Shown in pieces: positions 35,431-48,470 of a DNA stretch of 64,000 nt (position 1 is its first letter; every line of letters starts with the position of its first letter). The DNA comes from Macrostomum lignano (Eukaryota). The stretch covers positions 11,574 to 75,573 of the forward strand of contig NIVC01002593.1 in NCBI GenBank assembly GCA_002269645.1. Reading direction: 5' to 3'. The translations under genes and the position numbers were made by a program. The notes beneath the pieces were generated by a model. It searched no databases and had not been told where the DNA came from. It was given only the letters and a program-made list of their open reading frames with translations.

Positions 35431-37462
35431 TTACTTGTCACCGGAAAACATACCCCGTCTGATGACCGCATAGTCTGGCAAATCACCAGTCGGACCAACA
35501 GCGGCCAGGGCCGGGCAGCGATCATACACGTACTGGCCCACTACTTCAGCAAGCGACTCCGGAGTGACACGCATGATGCGCTCCTCCAGCTCGGCCAGCG
35601 GCACACGCCGGCCATAGCAGAGAACGTGCCGTCCGAGCTCTTCGCAGGCTGGCGTGGTGCCGTCCAGCTGCAGGTATAGGCTGGTCAGCAGTGCGTCACG
35701 AGTACAAGCCAGGTCGGCAGGCTCGATGCCTCTGGCCAGGCGGCGCCAGTCAGCCTTTATTTAAAAATGGTGCTTTATTAGATAGTCGCACAAATGCAAT
35801 AGCCACTAGATTCCCAACTGCATTAACCTCCTAAATGCTAATTCGTTTTACAATACTCTTAACTTACATTTAGAGGAATCACTTACATATATTATATAAA
35901 ATTAAAAAGCAGAAAAAACTAGACAGCAATCAGTGCAAATTACCTGAAAATCAGCCAGAAATCGACCAACTGATTCTTTATTGGCCACAGCGTGCATACC
36001 CCAAAGTGAGGTGTCGGTATAGCAGGTGAAAAAGCTCTGGTAGGAGAGAACACCGCCGCCATACGTATCCCGTGCTCGCTTTGCAAGCCTGGCAGCGGCG
36101 GAGCCACCGCTGCCGCTGCCTCCACCCTGCGCTCGATCCCATGAGCCAATGTAGGCTGAGGCCAGCATCAGCGGCACCGTGTCGGCACTACTCCAACCGG
36201 GACCTTCAACAGCTAATGCAACGTGAGCGAATGGCAGCTGATCATCAGGATCAAGAATGCTAGAGCCGCTGAAGCGAACTGGCGTCTGGTCCACTGCTCC
36301 TGGTGAAGCCTCTACAGCTGGCATACTGCCAAAGTGGCGCCGGCACAGGTCATTAAGTTCCGTATGGTCGATGGCCCCAGCCGCGGCCACCACCATGCGC
36401 TGGGGTCTGTAGTGGTCGGCAACATATTGCTGAAGATCTTGCCGACGAAGAGATTTCACATTTTCTACCGGGCCGAGGATAGTGCGCGATAGAGGGGTAC
36501 TCTGTGGGATGCATGGGTTAGAGAATAGTTTTAACCACTGCTATTTATTTATCACACAGGTAAAATTCTAAGATGGTTATGACAATCACTTTAATAGTTT
36601 CGATGTAGGGAGCTATGAGAAGCAGCAAGATTAGTGAGAGCTCAGCTATGATTTTTCAGTCCTATAGTGACACAGCAATATGGTTGACTTCGACTAAGTA
36701 GACTTCCGCTTGCACAATTTTGAAAATGCCAAGAAAAAGCATATCAGATGCATTACCACATTCTTTTAAAAACTGGTTATATGAAACAACTGCAGAATCT
36801 GGAAAAAGGACACACCTGGTATGCCACAGCGTGAAGATAGTCAAATACCACTTCCTGCAGATTAGTTTCGACTTCTTGCATCTCCCTCAAAATGACACCT
36901 CGCTCGCGCTCGATTTGGGCCTCCTCAAATGTAGAATTACGCAATATATCAGCCAGAATAGCCACAGCCCAAGGTAGATCTCGGCTAAAGCACTTCGCAT
37001 AGTAAACTGTCATTTCGCGTGAAGTGTATGCATTGAGATGTGCACCGCGGTTTTCAACGTCCAGCTCGATATCTTGCTGGGATCTACTGCGCGTGCCTTT
37101 GAATGCCATGTGCTCTAGGAAGTGCGCAGCTCCATTGGTGTAGTCCGTCTCAAATCTACTGCCAGCGTCAACCCATACGCCTACAGTACATGTTGGCGTG
37201 CCCCAGTTCTCAGATGCGACGCGCATTCCATTATCCAGTTGGCTAATACGGGCCTCGGGCACTTTTGCGATTGATGGCGACACACTTGCAGTGGCATACT
37301 GGCTGAATTGACGCACCTGGTGAAACAATGGGAAAACCAGCTTTTATTTGATTGTGCTCACTTTTAGCTGCTTTAATGAGTATATGACAAATGGGGCTAT
37401 TTTGGAAGACTACATATATAGACTACAGATTCGGGAATATATGTTACCTTGCTAGACGCCAT
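35431..37462 (-). CDS. PMPCB: Mitochondrial processing peptidase beta subunit (M16B insulinase family; UQCRC1 paralogy not excluded), about 465 aa
   Basis: Exons 37462-37448 (MASSK, least certain), 37316-36816, 36501-35944 and 35754-35431, all phase 0 with GT-AG. Zinc motif [34 protein letters not shown] and [21 protein letters not shown]. Confidence 0.9.
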
Positions 37463-39307
37463 AAACTTTAGGTATATAAATAAAATAATTCTGAGTGTTC
37501 TATTTTTATGAAAAATTTGCCAGGAGACAGATTTGGGTGCCTAATATGCGAAAATGATAAAAGTATGAAAATTTGCTTTTGATGCTTGGTCAATTTGTTT
37601 TCTCATGTTTTAAATAAGGACTGCGTGTTCTCATGTTTTAAATAATGGAACAGCAAAAAGAATAATTCAATAAAAATAAAAATAAACACATTTGTTTAGA
37701 AAATACTACAATTGTGACATGTTTACTTATTGGCAGACTGAATAAAAAAGACATCATATAATGCTATGGTAGAAATTTTCATGATATAGACAGACATAGA
37801 ATTGTTTTGTGTGGAACAACCAAGGGATAGAGTGAGGATAGAAAACCCCAAGGGGGTTGGAATTGGCAAGTCACAATGATATAATATACATTATACAAAT
37901 CTCTAAGATCTATCTAACTGGTATTTCAGTCTCATGCCTGAATGCCTAAATCAATTTTTTCAAACTTGTTTTATTCAAATAGAAATTCTTATAAAATTAA
38001 AAAATTGAATAGGAAGATGTTTAAATATTTCAAAAACATGCTTTTTTGCAAAGGTGAAACAATTTTTTTACTTAAAATGCATTATAAGAAACTTGATTGA
38101 CTGAATTGCAATTACACTTAAGATTTCAATACAACTTTTTTTCTTTTCATTGTGTAGGCCTCAATACTAGCTATAGTGTGCAAGGGAAAGAAAAATACTC
38201 AGTTGCTGCATATGTATATTCTGACCTTGGCTGACTAGTAGACTGTATAGACAATTGCTATTTATATATTTCATTTAACTATGCATTGCTTCTGCCTACA
38301 CACAACCTGTGCATACAAAAGTAATCTGTTACTATTATATACTTGATTGCTGTGCCACAGCATATGAGGCTAATTTTCTTGCCCTCAAATCAATAGGTGG
38401 AATAGCCTTATTGTAGGCACTGGGGTTAAGTTTAGGCTAGGCATAGGGTCCCAGGTTTGAATAAACTTTCTAGCAGACATTTAAAATTAAATTAATTCAT
38501 ATATTTGTAGCTTGTGCCTCAACTAATTAGAAAATTATTGTTTGATGAATTATGAATTATTTTTGCTATTTGGCACAAGTTGCTAAGCAAATTTGACTTG
38601 TAAAAAACTGCTTTGAACATTTCTAATTGAATTAATGGGTATTTGCCCATTAGTAATGAAATTGCTAAACTACAAATGATATTGCTAAACTGTTGAAGGT
38701 ACTGCTAAATGCTAAGTTGTGCTAGATTGCCAATATATATAAAAATAGAAAAGTAAGTCATACTAAATTTTCATTCAAAATTTTTAGATCATTCTAAGGA
38801 TCATTACTATTTGCTAAGGATTCTAAAAAGCTGGCTGAGAGGAAAATTGCAGACTACTGAGAGGATAAATGAGAATTTTTAAGGGAACTGTTGTAGGCTG
38901 CAAATGGACTATAGACTATTAAGGAGATCTGCAGATTGTTGAAAAGATCATTGTAGACTTCAAAGGGGACAACTGCAAAATGCTAAGGCAGTTCCTCTAT
39001 ACCTATGAATGCATAGCTGCCAACTGCTAAGGGATAACTATAGACTATTTTGAGGATAATGACAGACTTAAGGAGGATAGTTATAGTTTTGAGTGGATAG
39101 TAATAATGGAAGATTAAATGCAGGTTTATGAGGGATTAATGCAACTATGAGTTACTAAGTGAATTATTGTGGTTTGCTAAGAAGAAAAATTTAGGCTGTT
39201 GAAATGATAAATTCTTAATGTTAATAAAGGCTTTAGACTGCAAAGGGGATAACTATATGCTGCTAAGAGTATGATAGCAATCTGGGATTAAAAGAGATAG
39301 AATAGAA

Positions 39308-39582
39308 CATACATGCGCAACTCCCCTGATTTGCACTGGCCATGCGACTTACTTTTTGACCAAAAATGCGACTTACCTATGAAAGAAACCTAAAGCAAAA
39401 TTAATGCAGTTTCGGGTAAACGGCAGAAGTAACTATGACTGTCTTATCAGGCCTAAATGCCTCGGCATCTAATTAGTACTACATCCGTATTCTTTGGGGT
39501 AGCATTTTTGCAACTTACCCCTGGTCTACCACAATTTATGGTAGCCAGATCGGCCAGGTTGGCCAGCAGTTGCGCATGTATG
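39308..39582. mobile_element. 275-bp MITE with perfect 15-bp TIR and perfect 8-bp TSD (hAT- or P-type)
   Basis: TIR CATACATGCGCAACT / AGTTGCGCATGTATG; TSD gaatagaa at 39300-39307 and 39583-39590. Confidence 0.9.
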
Positions 39583-40330
39583 GAATAGAATATTGTAAGG
39601 ATATCTCAATAGATATCAGAATAAAAAATAAAAAATAAAGAATGGGCAACTATCATTGATGCCTTCATACTTTAAAAAGTGATAAGCTATGCTCTTTTTG
39701 TTTTGATGTCTATGATCATGATTCACTTTTTATAATCAATTAATTGCTAATCCAAAGTAGTGATTTAACTGAATATTCTAAATCCAAAAATGTTTCACTT
39801 TTCTAGAAAAAAATATTTACATTTAGAATTTTTTTAAATTTCTAAATGTGCTTTTAAATATAAATATAGTATAAGCCTTAGACAAATAGAATCTTGTTAG
39901 TCAATTTATGGGGCACTAATTAGATCATTAATTAGATGATAAGGTATTTTTCATAAAAGTTTTATAGTCATTCCCACTGTTTAATTTTAACTTTGTGCTT
40001 ATATTTAGAAATGTATTTAGATTTTTTTTTTATTTTGATTTTAATTTCAATTTTTTGTATATTTAGATTTGGTTTTGAAAAAATCTATCCAAACATGTCT
40101 TCCGTGTGTTCTGAGGGAGGGGGCACTGGATATACATTATTATACTTCTAACTATTTCGACTACCATTCCGTCCCTGGACTTTGCCTCTTGGCTTTTGGA
40201 CTAATAAACATGTACTTTGAATATCAAATATTAAATACTGATTGAATTTACAACCCCAAAAATAATGTATTTATTGCCGTTCTCACTCGTTTTTTCTGCT
40301 CAAAAATAAACCTAGCCTGAAGATGCACAG

Positions 40331-41506
40331 TAGGGGGCAACCGGGACAGCCAAAGTTGGGCCCAGGTCAGGCCCGGGAATGAGGACTCGGGCCTGGGTCG
40401 GGCCTCGGGAATTCGGGACAAGATCTTTAGGACAGCTCAATAATTGGAAAAAAATCATAATAAATCTTAATACTTTTAGCATATGCGGATTACTTTTAAA
40501 ATATAATAAATATATGATAAACATTAAATATATGATAATATATAAATATATTAAATATATAATAAATATTATTATTATTTAATACATTAGTTAAGACTTC
40601 AGAATAGATAAGAGTTACATTAAAAGACTTAATACTCAAATATCAATATACTCAATAGTTCAAATTCAATGTCACTGTGTGGCACAAGTACTGTGTGTGT
40701 GCCAGTGACACTGACACTAACAGGCAGTGAGGTAGGCAAGCAGGCACTGCGGCAGTGCGGCTGGCACTGGCAGTGGCAGTAAGCAAAAAGAAGAAAAGCT
40801 AAAGCATTAAGTGTAAGGCACTTGGCATTGGAAGCAGTAAGGAAGTAAGAACCAAATCAATTGATTGATTCTTTTATTTGAATTTTTAGTTCCTTTACAT
40901 AGCTTCAATGTAAAGAGCCATGTACACAGTCAGTATTCAGTAAGACAACAAGACAAGACAACAGAACAGAACACAAATGAAGTGACAACACAACACTCAA
41001 CTGTCTCAACAGAATAGGCAAACAGACAATGGAAATACAAGTAATTAGCTGATACCTGCCTACCTGCTCACCTACCTACCTAAACAAATATGATTATGAA
41101 TACGATACTATGAGTCTATGACTACGACTACCTATGAATACGATACAAATATGAACACAATTACAAACTCTGATAGATAGCAAACTTCTTGGAAAAATGG
41201 TAGCCTTGGCCCTTAATAGGTACTTCTTAGAATGTAAATAGGAAATGTTATTTACAAAAGCTTAAAAATGACAAATCAACTTTTTAAAGAATCATATTTT
41301 TGCTTTTAGGCTGCAGCCTGCAGCGTGTAAAGTGGAATCAATATTGCAAAAAAGTGCAATTTGCATGCGGTTAGTGCCTTTAGGGAAAAAAGACTTGTCC
41401 CGATTTCCCGACTCTTATAGGGTCGGGCCTAGGCCCGGGTCGGGCCACAATTTTGGTCAGGATTCCCGACTTTTCGGGCCCAGGCCTGGGACTGGGTCGC
41501 CCCCTA
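40331..41506. mobile_element. Non-autonomous hAT-like element, 1176 bp
   Basis: TIR TAGGGGGCAACC / GGTCGCCCCCTA; 8-bp TSD atgcacag / atgtacag (7/8); GC-rich cccga/tcggg subterminal repeats at both ends. Confidence 0.85.
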
Positions 41507-43796
41507 ATGTACAGTTTTGTGTGAAATGCGTTGTTATAAATTTAATGTTGATTTTTGCCTTCCTATAAATCTATATTTGGTCTATCACCATAGTTAAGAT
41601 CATGGCATACCTATATTACAATAAATCTTATCAAAAAAGTTTGATTGCACCTTGCCTCACAACAAATCTTATCAAATAAGTTTATTGCACTATATGTCAT
41701 AAACATTTTTATAAAAATATAGGAGCATAAATATATATTCATTTTCCAATTGACATTTAGATTTACATTCAAAGTTTTAAAAAGCCAATATAACTTTTTT
41801 ACTTAATAAAATGCCTTAAAATTTTATAAAAACTGACAAAAACCAATAAAACTTATATTTGAATTCTTTTCAAAGAAAATACAATGTTAACATTTAATTG
41901 AAAAAGCTATTTGCAAAAATATTGTCTGACTAAAAGGTTTTGTCTTGCACTAAGACCAAATTATACCAAAATTTGTCTTAGGCCTAAACTGTCTTACACT
42001 ATATTGCACCAGATTCCCCTCCTCCTTGCTGCCTGCTGTTGTGGCAAAATGTGCTTGTATGGCACACATTCAATGCCTTTTTGCACTAGAATTTTCCATG
42101 AAAAAGGCCATCTTCCTCATCCTGACTATGGTTAAATGGGTCTAAGCCTATCACTAATCCACTAATCCAAAGTAACAAATACTTATATGGATTATAAATT
42201 ATAAAAATTCAACACTTTATTTGAAGAAAAATATATCAAAAGCTTTTTCAAAAGTGGTGGGCAGGTACTACTGATGCCCCCCCTACTTAAAAATGGGATG
42301 GGCCCTTCTCATTCCAATACTTATGTCATCATATAGATATATCAATAGACATTAGGATGTTGACTACATCGCCAACATTAGATTGCTGCATGGCCAAAAT
42401 ATAGCAATAAAAGGATTGATGTCATTTTCTCCTGACCCCAACCAAGTCAGGCCTAGACTTACCAGAGATGACAGAGAATTGTAAGAAAAAAGTCGGTTTC
42501 GAAATACTTTGTTAAACAAAATCATGTTATAATTTGCTAAAATGCAGTCAATGCTCCAGCTATTAAAACAGCCCACTTTTTTGCAGAAAAATTCTAGGAA
42601 ATTACTTGCAGTATGTTTGTGTGATTGTGCTCTACTGACATGTTAATATATAATAAAAAGCGGGTCGCGCTGTCGGTGATTCTTGGGTAATTTTATATAA
42701 TTAAAATTTCGATTTATCTTGATGAACTTGTAAAGAAAATTCTGTTCCAGCAAAGTGTTGCTGTCTACTATGAATATTTGCACTTTTTTAATGTATTTAA
42801 AATAATGCTTACGTCTCTATTCTTTTCTTCGCGTCTGTGTTAAACTTTGACAGCAACGGGTTTCCCCTTTGAGTAACACCTGGGCGTTTCTGTCTCTTTC
42901 CTTCTGTTTTTGGAATTTTCTTCCTTTCTAGTTTTGTCCAGCTATTCATGTGTTATATTTCTCACCTAATTTTTGCGTTTTAATCTAGTTTGATTTTTTC
43001 TCTACAGCTGTACGTTTACATAAACTAACTGCATATACCACGTACGCGTAACTGCACCGTATGGTTCTATGACTCTTACCCCATGCCATGCAGGGACAAC
43101 TAAAAGTACGTAGAGAAAAAATCAAACAAGATTAGTTGTCCCTGCCCCATGCATTTGACAGGCCTGACAATTACTGACTGTATGCGGAGGGCTTTCCATA
43201 CTTACTATATAAAACGTTTGCATTTCCAAGACCCTGCATACATGTACATTTGTATTTTATGCATGTGAATGTAGAAAAGTTATTTATTTCTACTACTATG
43301 CATACTAGAGTACTGAATTTAGGGAAAAGACATGATCAAATTACATTGGGCCTTTTAATATTGGTCCGGTTCAAGTATTTGCAGATCATGCAGATCCTAT
43401 ATTTGCAAAGCATGTACATGTATTAACTCTCTGTATCTTAAACTAGAGGGGTTACGTGCTATAAGTTGTAATTACATTGTATTGAATGGCAATAGCCAAG
43501 AAGAAAGTCAAAATTGTGTAAAGTGAGGCTGTTAAGGCAGTAAAAAATTCAACAAAAGTTAATTATAGTATTTAAATATTGTTTTTTTGGGAGATCGGAA
43601 CCTACATGTATTCTGCATGGTTCTGGAATTGGTAAAATGTTAAAAGCCTCATTATTGAGAGAATGCATTCAAGCGTGTGCTCTAAATGAGGCTTTAACCA
43701 AGCACTATAATAAAGAATACATGTACAGGAAACGTCGTTTCTTATAAAAAAATTGGGGCTTTCCATTAGCTTCCAATGAAAAAACTATCGCTATTT

Positions 43797-43890
43797 TCAT
43801 GCCGAAAAATAAAAAGCTCCTATGTTCGTAGCAGATAACTGAGTCATGCCGAAAAATAAATAGCTCCTATGTTCGTAGCAGATAACCGAG
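43797..43890. repeat. 47-bp tandem duplication
   Basis: tcatgccgaaaaataaaaagctcctatgttcgtagcagataactgag repeated with 2 substitutions. Confidence 0.9.
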
Positions 43891-44928
43891 AACCGAGTCT
43901 TCTCTGCATGTCCTGTTGTGTCCTTAAGCACACGCGTGCTTGTCGTCCTTGAACGTTTAGTTTACCGCAATAGACAAATTCTCTCGAGCAGGATCCGTGC
44001 TAGTAGCTATGTATATGTAACATGCACATGTACGTACATGTACATGTATGGCCCAGGGCGGGGCCGATAGCCATGCCAATGGGATCAAAGGCCGATATAT
44101 CGATACTGATCGCGGACACCGGCCACTCAACCCTTACTCTAAACTGTATCGGTAGTCGATAGCAGAATTATTAATTTATTATACATTTTACATGTACGTA
44201 TATACATTTCAGTTGTCCGGGTTTGATCGAATTGACTTTGCAGGGACAGAGAGAGCTAGCTAGTGAATTGTGGAGCGAGCAGCGGGGGGCCAAATAATGG
44301 GACGCGAGAGAAGCCATTGCAGGGTAGAATTGAGAAACACAGGGTTAGGAGGCCGTGGTGCCGCCCTCATGGTTGGTGGGAAAAACGCTGGGGTGGATTT
44401 CATGAGAAAACTACAAGTGAGAAAAGTGACAATTAAGTGACACAGCTTTTACAAAACGCTTGACAACTATTGAAAGTGCTCGCTCGAAATTCCATGTCTA
44501 TGTGCAAAAATGATCTAAATCTCGTCGAAGATGTTTTTATCCCTATTAGTCATTTGAATTTTGACTTATTTTCCCTATTTTAAATGAAGCACAAAGAAGC
44601 CGAGTCTTTCTTTTAGATTGATTATTTTTATAGTGGGGCGGTCCTGCATGTTTGGGAAGCTTGCTCAATCAACCAATTGTCCTCATCCTCAATATCGCTA
44701 AACATGCATCACGCTGATCGATCACAAAAACTGATAGTGAAGCTTGGATGCACCAATGTGCTCCAGAGCATTCCAGTGATTGCTTGGTCACAAAAGCGTA
44801 TAGTCTATGTCTACAAGTGGTCAGGAGAGCACTTGAAAATTAAATATAGTCTCCTGTTACTTGCAACTTGTCGATTTGTCATTTAATCCCCGCTTTGGCC
44901 CGGCCAGCTGCCTATCTCCTCTGTGTGT

Positions 44929-45080
44929 GTATAAGATAATCCCCACTTGATTTCGTTTCTTTGGCCTAGGAACGAAATCAAGTGGGGATTATAATATTTA
45001 CGCTTCGCCTCGGCCTAGAAACGCAGTCCTCAGCCGTTCCTAGGCCAAAGAAACGAAATCAAGTGGGGATTATCTTATAC
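44929..45080. mobile_element. 152-bp foldback MITE
   Basis: gtataagataatccccacttgatttcgtttctttggcctaggaacg and its exact reverse complement ending at 45080. Confidence 0.85.
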
Positions 45081-45827
45081 TTAATCTCATGAAACGCATT
45101 ACTTGTCGGAGTTGTCACCAATTGTCACTTGTAATTTGTCTAAGTGGCTTCATGAAATCCACCCTGGAGGGTAAGCATCGCGGCAGGCAAATTTATGCGC
45201 AAACACGGTACATGTATGCTAGTACATGTCATGGTGCCTAGAGGGGGCGCACCTACATGTATTTCTGGTGGACACCCCCTACATATATTTCTCAGTGCAC
45301 AGTCTGGTGGCGCCCGGCCTACCCCTGTCTTCTAGCGCAATTCCACGACATCTAATACACTGTAGGTGCAAAGTTGAGCCCTGTCATTCGTCGAGCTTGC
45401 GCTGGTTGCATGTTGCCTCTCATTCAGTTGTTAGCGGATGGAACTTTTTATGGGAGCGGTACTTTTGTAGGGGTGGGGGGATTAGATAAGCGTTAGACGT
45501 CCTTCTTTAGCTACTCTGACCTCGTGGTCTGTTATTTCAGATACATTTTGCACATGATTAGCGATGCAAAGTTTTGATTTTTCTGCATAGGTTTTATAAT
45601 TGTCATAGAAAAAATCTCAAACTATATCTTTTCGGAGCACAAGCAATGCAAATTTATAGTGAGACTTATTAAAGTCTAAAAATCAATATAAAAATAGATA
45701 AAGTATACTTGTAGAGCAAAAATTTTGCGCCAATAAGAATTCCCAAGTTACAAGATGAACTAGAAAAAAAAAACATATTCCGTATATCTGTTTCCGGTTG
45801 ACGAAATTGTAATTGGCGCTCTCTCGC

Positions 45828-46363
45828 TCATGACCTCAGCTTGCCAGTAAGCGTTGCGCACATAACAGTCAGAATGGCACTGAGAATGCAGAGCCCCAGA
45901 TTCAGTAGTACCTGGACGCCGCTACCGACTCCATTCAGCACGTCATTCGTCTTCATGTAATAGTTGGTCTCGAATCCTCTGCCGATGGCTTCGCCCAGCG
46001 AGAATAGGACGCTGATTCCACAGACGGCGCACGCCATGCTACGCGGGTTTTTAAATGGTCAATAGAGACGTCCTTAACTGTGTAGGCTGTTGCGCCTGCG
46101 CAGATGTGGAGGATGCGTAACACAGTGTACAGGAAGCTGAGGTACCATAGGGACGGGAAGACTCCATTGAAGATAATTGTGAAAAGCTTGGCGCACAGCA
46201 GCAGCAGAGTGAGGAGGCTGTTTATGCCGGACAGCGTGAGGTGCACAATGCTTGTCCGGTAAATGGGCATTCTCAGATCCATAATGCTGCTGTCAGTGTC
46301 AGTCTGACTCGGGTCCTCCTGAGTTTCGAGCGACTCCACTGTGACAGTTTCCACGCTGGACAT
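45828..46363 (-). CDS. Four-transmembrane protein (MS4A/CD20-like topology), about 178 aa, split by a one-base frameshift at 46048-46055
   Basis: ORF 46363-45953 supplies TM1-2 and ORF 46037-45828 supplies TM3-4. The second frame is -1 relative to the first at CAT TTA AAA ACC. Codon usage is host-like. The family assignment rests on topology only. Confidence 0.6.
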
Positions 46364-47469
46364 TTCTCTCGCTTATTTTTCTCACAGATTGGCCCGCTTC
46401 TCCTTGGAAATGCATACGCAGCATGCATTCTATTTGTTCCATTTGGTCTACTTGCGACACAGCTTAATTAAGCTCAATCCACCTTATCAAGCTCTTTCCA
46501 ACTGATATCGCCATAGCCTATGCTGTCCACTGAAGCAGCCAGTGAAAGAGCTTTTAGAATAGGAATGGGACCGGTGGACAGATTTCAGCAGACACTGGCA
46601 GTGACGAAGCGTGTACATGTAAGCATTATATCGAGCTTTTCAAACATTCGAAGACAACTATAAATTTAAAATGCAGGAATGAACTTCACATGGTACGTAC
46701 TTGTCCATGCAGTATGCTGGTATGGCTTGTCTGGCACGTCTCGTGGCTCAGATAAGAAGGGTAGTTTAGATGTTTTTAGTCCAGGTGTGAAGATACAAAA
46801 ATGTACTTGCGACCAGCAGAAATGAGATTGAAATGACGAGTACTTTTGCAGAGTATTAATTTTCTGAAATCTTTTTTTTCTTGAAACTGGTGAACAGAGC
46901 TGCTCAACTTCCAAGTAAATTGTGCATTTTAAACTTACCTAGGCTGTATAAATTCAAGGTACCTGCATATGGGGGCTGTGAGCTTTGATATTTTCTGCTT
47001 AGATATACATGTACACATGTAGCTATTCTTTAAAGCAGTTAAAAGTTACCTAGGTCTTACTGGTCGATAAACAAAATTGTTCATGCGCGAAAGTCCCGAA
47101 CGGCAGAAACGAAAAACTAATCTAACTGCGGCCTATAATACACCAGTGTACGCTCATACTCCGATCTGTGACTATCACCCATATACTAAAATGGTCTTCA
47201 AAATATTGGTGGGAAGGTCTTAGAATTGGTTGTCAGAGTTGTAGAGATTTAGGGGACAATTAAGTGGCATGGCATATGAATGCAGCTCACTGATGTACCC
47301 CTGCATGTATTCTATATAGAAATGAAAACCCACAAGAAAAAATGCATTTGATACGCAGTTACCATCGAAACGTTTTGATCGGGTCAAATCTCTTTATAAG
47401 ACAATTACTAAGCATTAGGGAGGCATGGCAGACAAAACCTGCCGCGTGATTAAATGCGCTGCAGGAAAA

Positions 47470-47628
47470 GAAGCATTGCGGGCAAACCTCGGCGGGAAAA
47501 AATTCGGTGGGCAATTTGCTCGCGAGCAATTCACTTGCGGGCAAATCTCGGAGGGCAATTCTCGGCTGGAAAAGCTCGACGGGCAAATCTCAGCGGGGAA
47601 TCCGTCTGCGGGCAATTCTCGTGCTCCC
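47470..47628 (-). repeat. Single arm of a subrepeat-array element (GCCCGC/GGGCAA core)
   Basis: Repeated gcgggcaaa/gggcaatt units ending in gcaattctcgtgctccc. Confidence 0.7.
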
Positions 47629-48310
47629 GTGTGAGAGCTGAGCAATGGGAAAAAAGATGAAAAGCGGCTCAGAGCTTTCGAGATGAAGACCTACAGACCT
47701 ACAGAAAGGAAATTTGGGCACGTTGCGAGAAGTGATGGAGTGCTGAGTCTGTGGTTGAAGGTGGTGGAAAGGTGGAAGGTGGACGAAAGGGCAGAGTCAG
47801 GCCACAATGGGACTGGACGGACAATCTGAAGGAGTGGAGTCAAAAGAGGGTGGTGCAGCTGATGAGGATGGCCTTATATGTAGATCGAACGAGGTAGAGA
47901 GTCGCTGTCGAGAAATGGATGCATCAACGGCCATTGTCTACGGACCTGATGATGATGATGGTGACACAAAAATTACCGTATCGGACACCACCTGGAGCAG
48001 CGTTTCAGCGCAGAGCGCCTTCAGTGCCTCATTCAGACTTATTGATGAGGCACGTCCTGGGCCCACCACTAATTTTGCGCACCCTCCCTTTCTCCCCTGT
48101 GATTCTGGTGACACATGATTATCGCCCACCCCACTCGATACCCGCGCACCAGTGCCCCACCACCTTTCTATTGTTCGAAATCATTCATGCGTGTGACAGT
48201 TTTGACCCACTATCTCATTAAGCTCTTTCCCACCTTTTACGTAATCCCCCATCATAAATCATTTTTCTCCGCTGCGCCCCACCCCTATTTTTCATCCAAT
48301 CACAGCGCGG

Positions 48311-48470
48311 CTGGTGGGTGACGTCATCACGGTTGCTTGGTAACAGAGGCCAAGGACAAGCCACGGCCTTCTATTTTCGCGTTGCGTAACTCAGGGCTAT
48401 GAATAGGAGCCCGCTTTAAGCCCTGAGCGGCTACTCTCGAGGCGACACGTCTTGATTTTATTCTTCCTCC
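48311..48470 (+). promoter_or_regulatory. LTR-like promoter module (CRE palindrome, TATA-like box)
   Basis: gtgacgtcat near 48318 and ctatgaatagga near 48397; same layout as 51385-51600. Confidence 0.35.
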
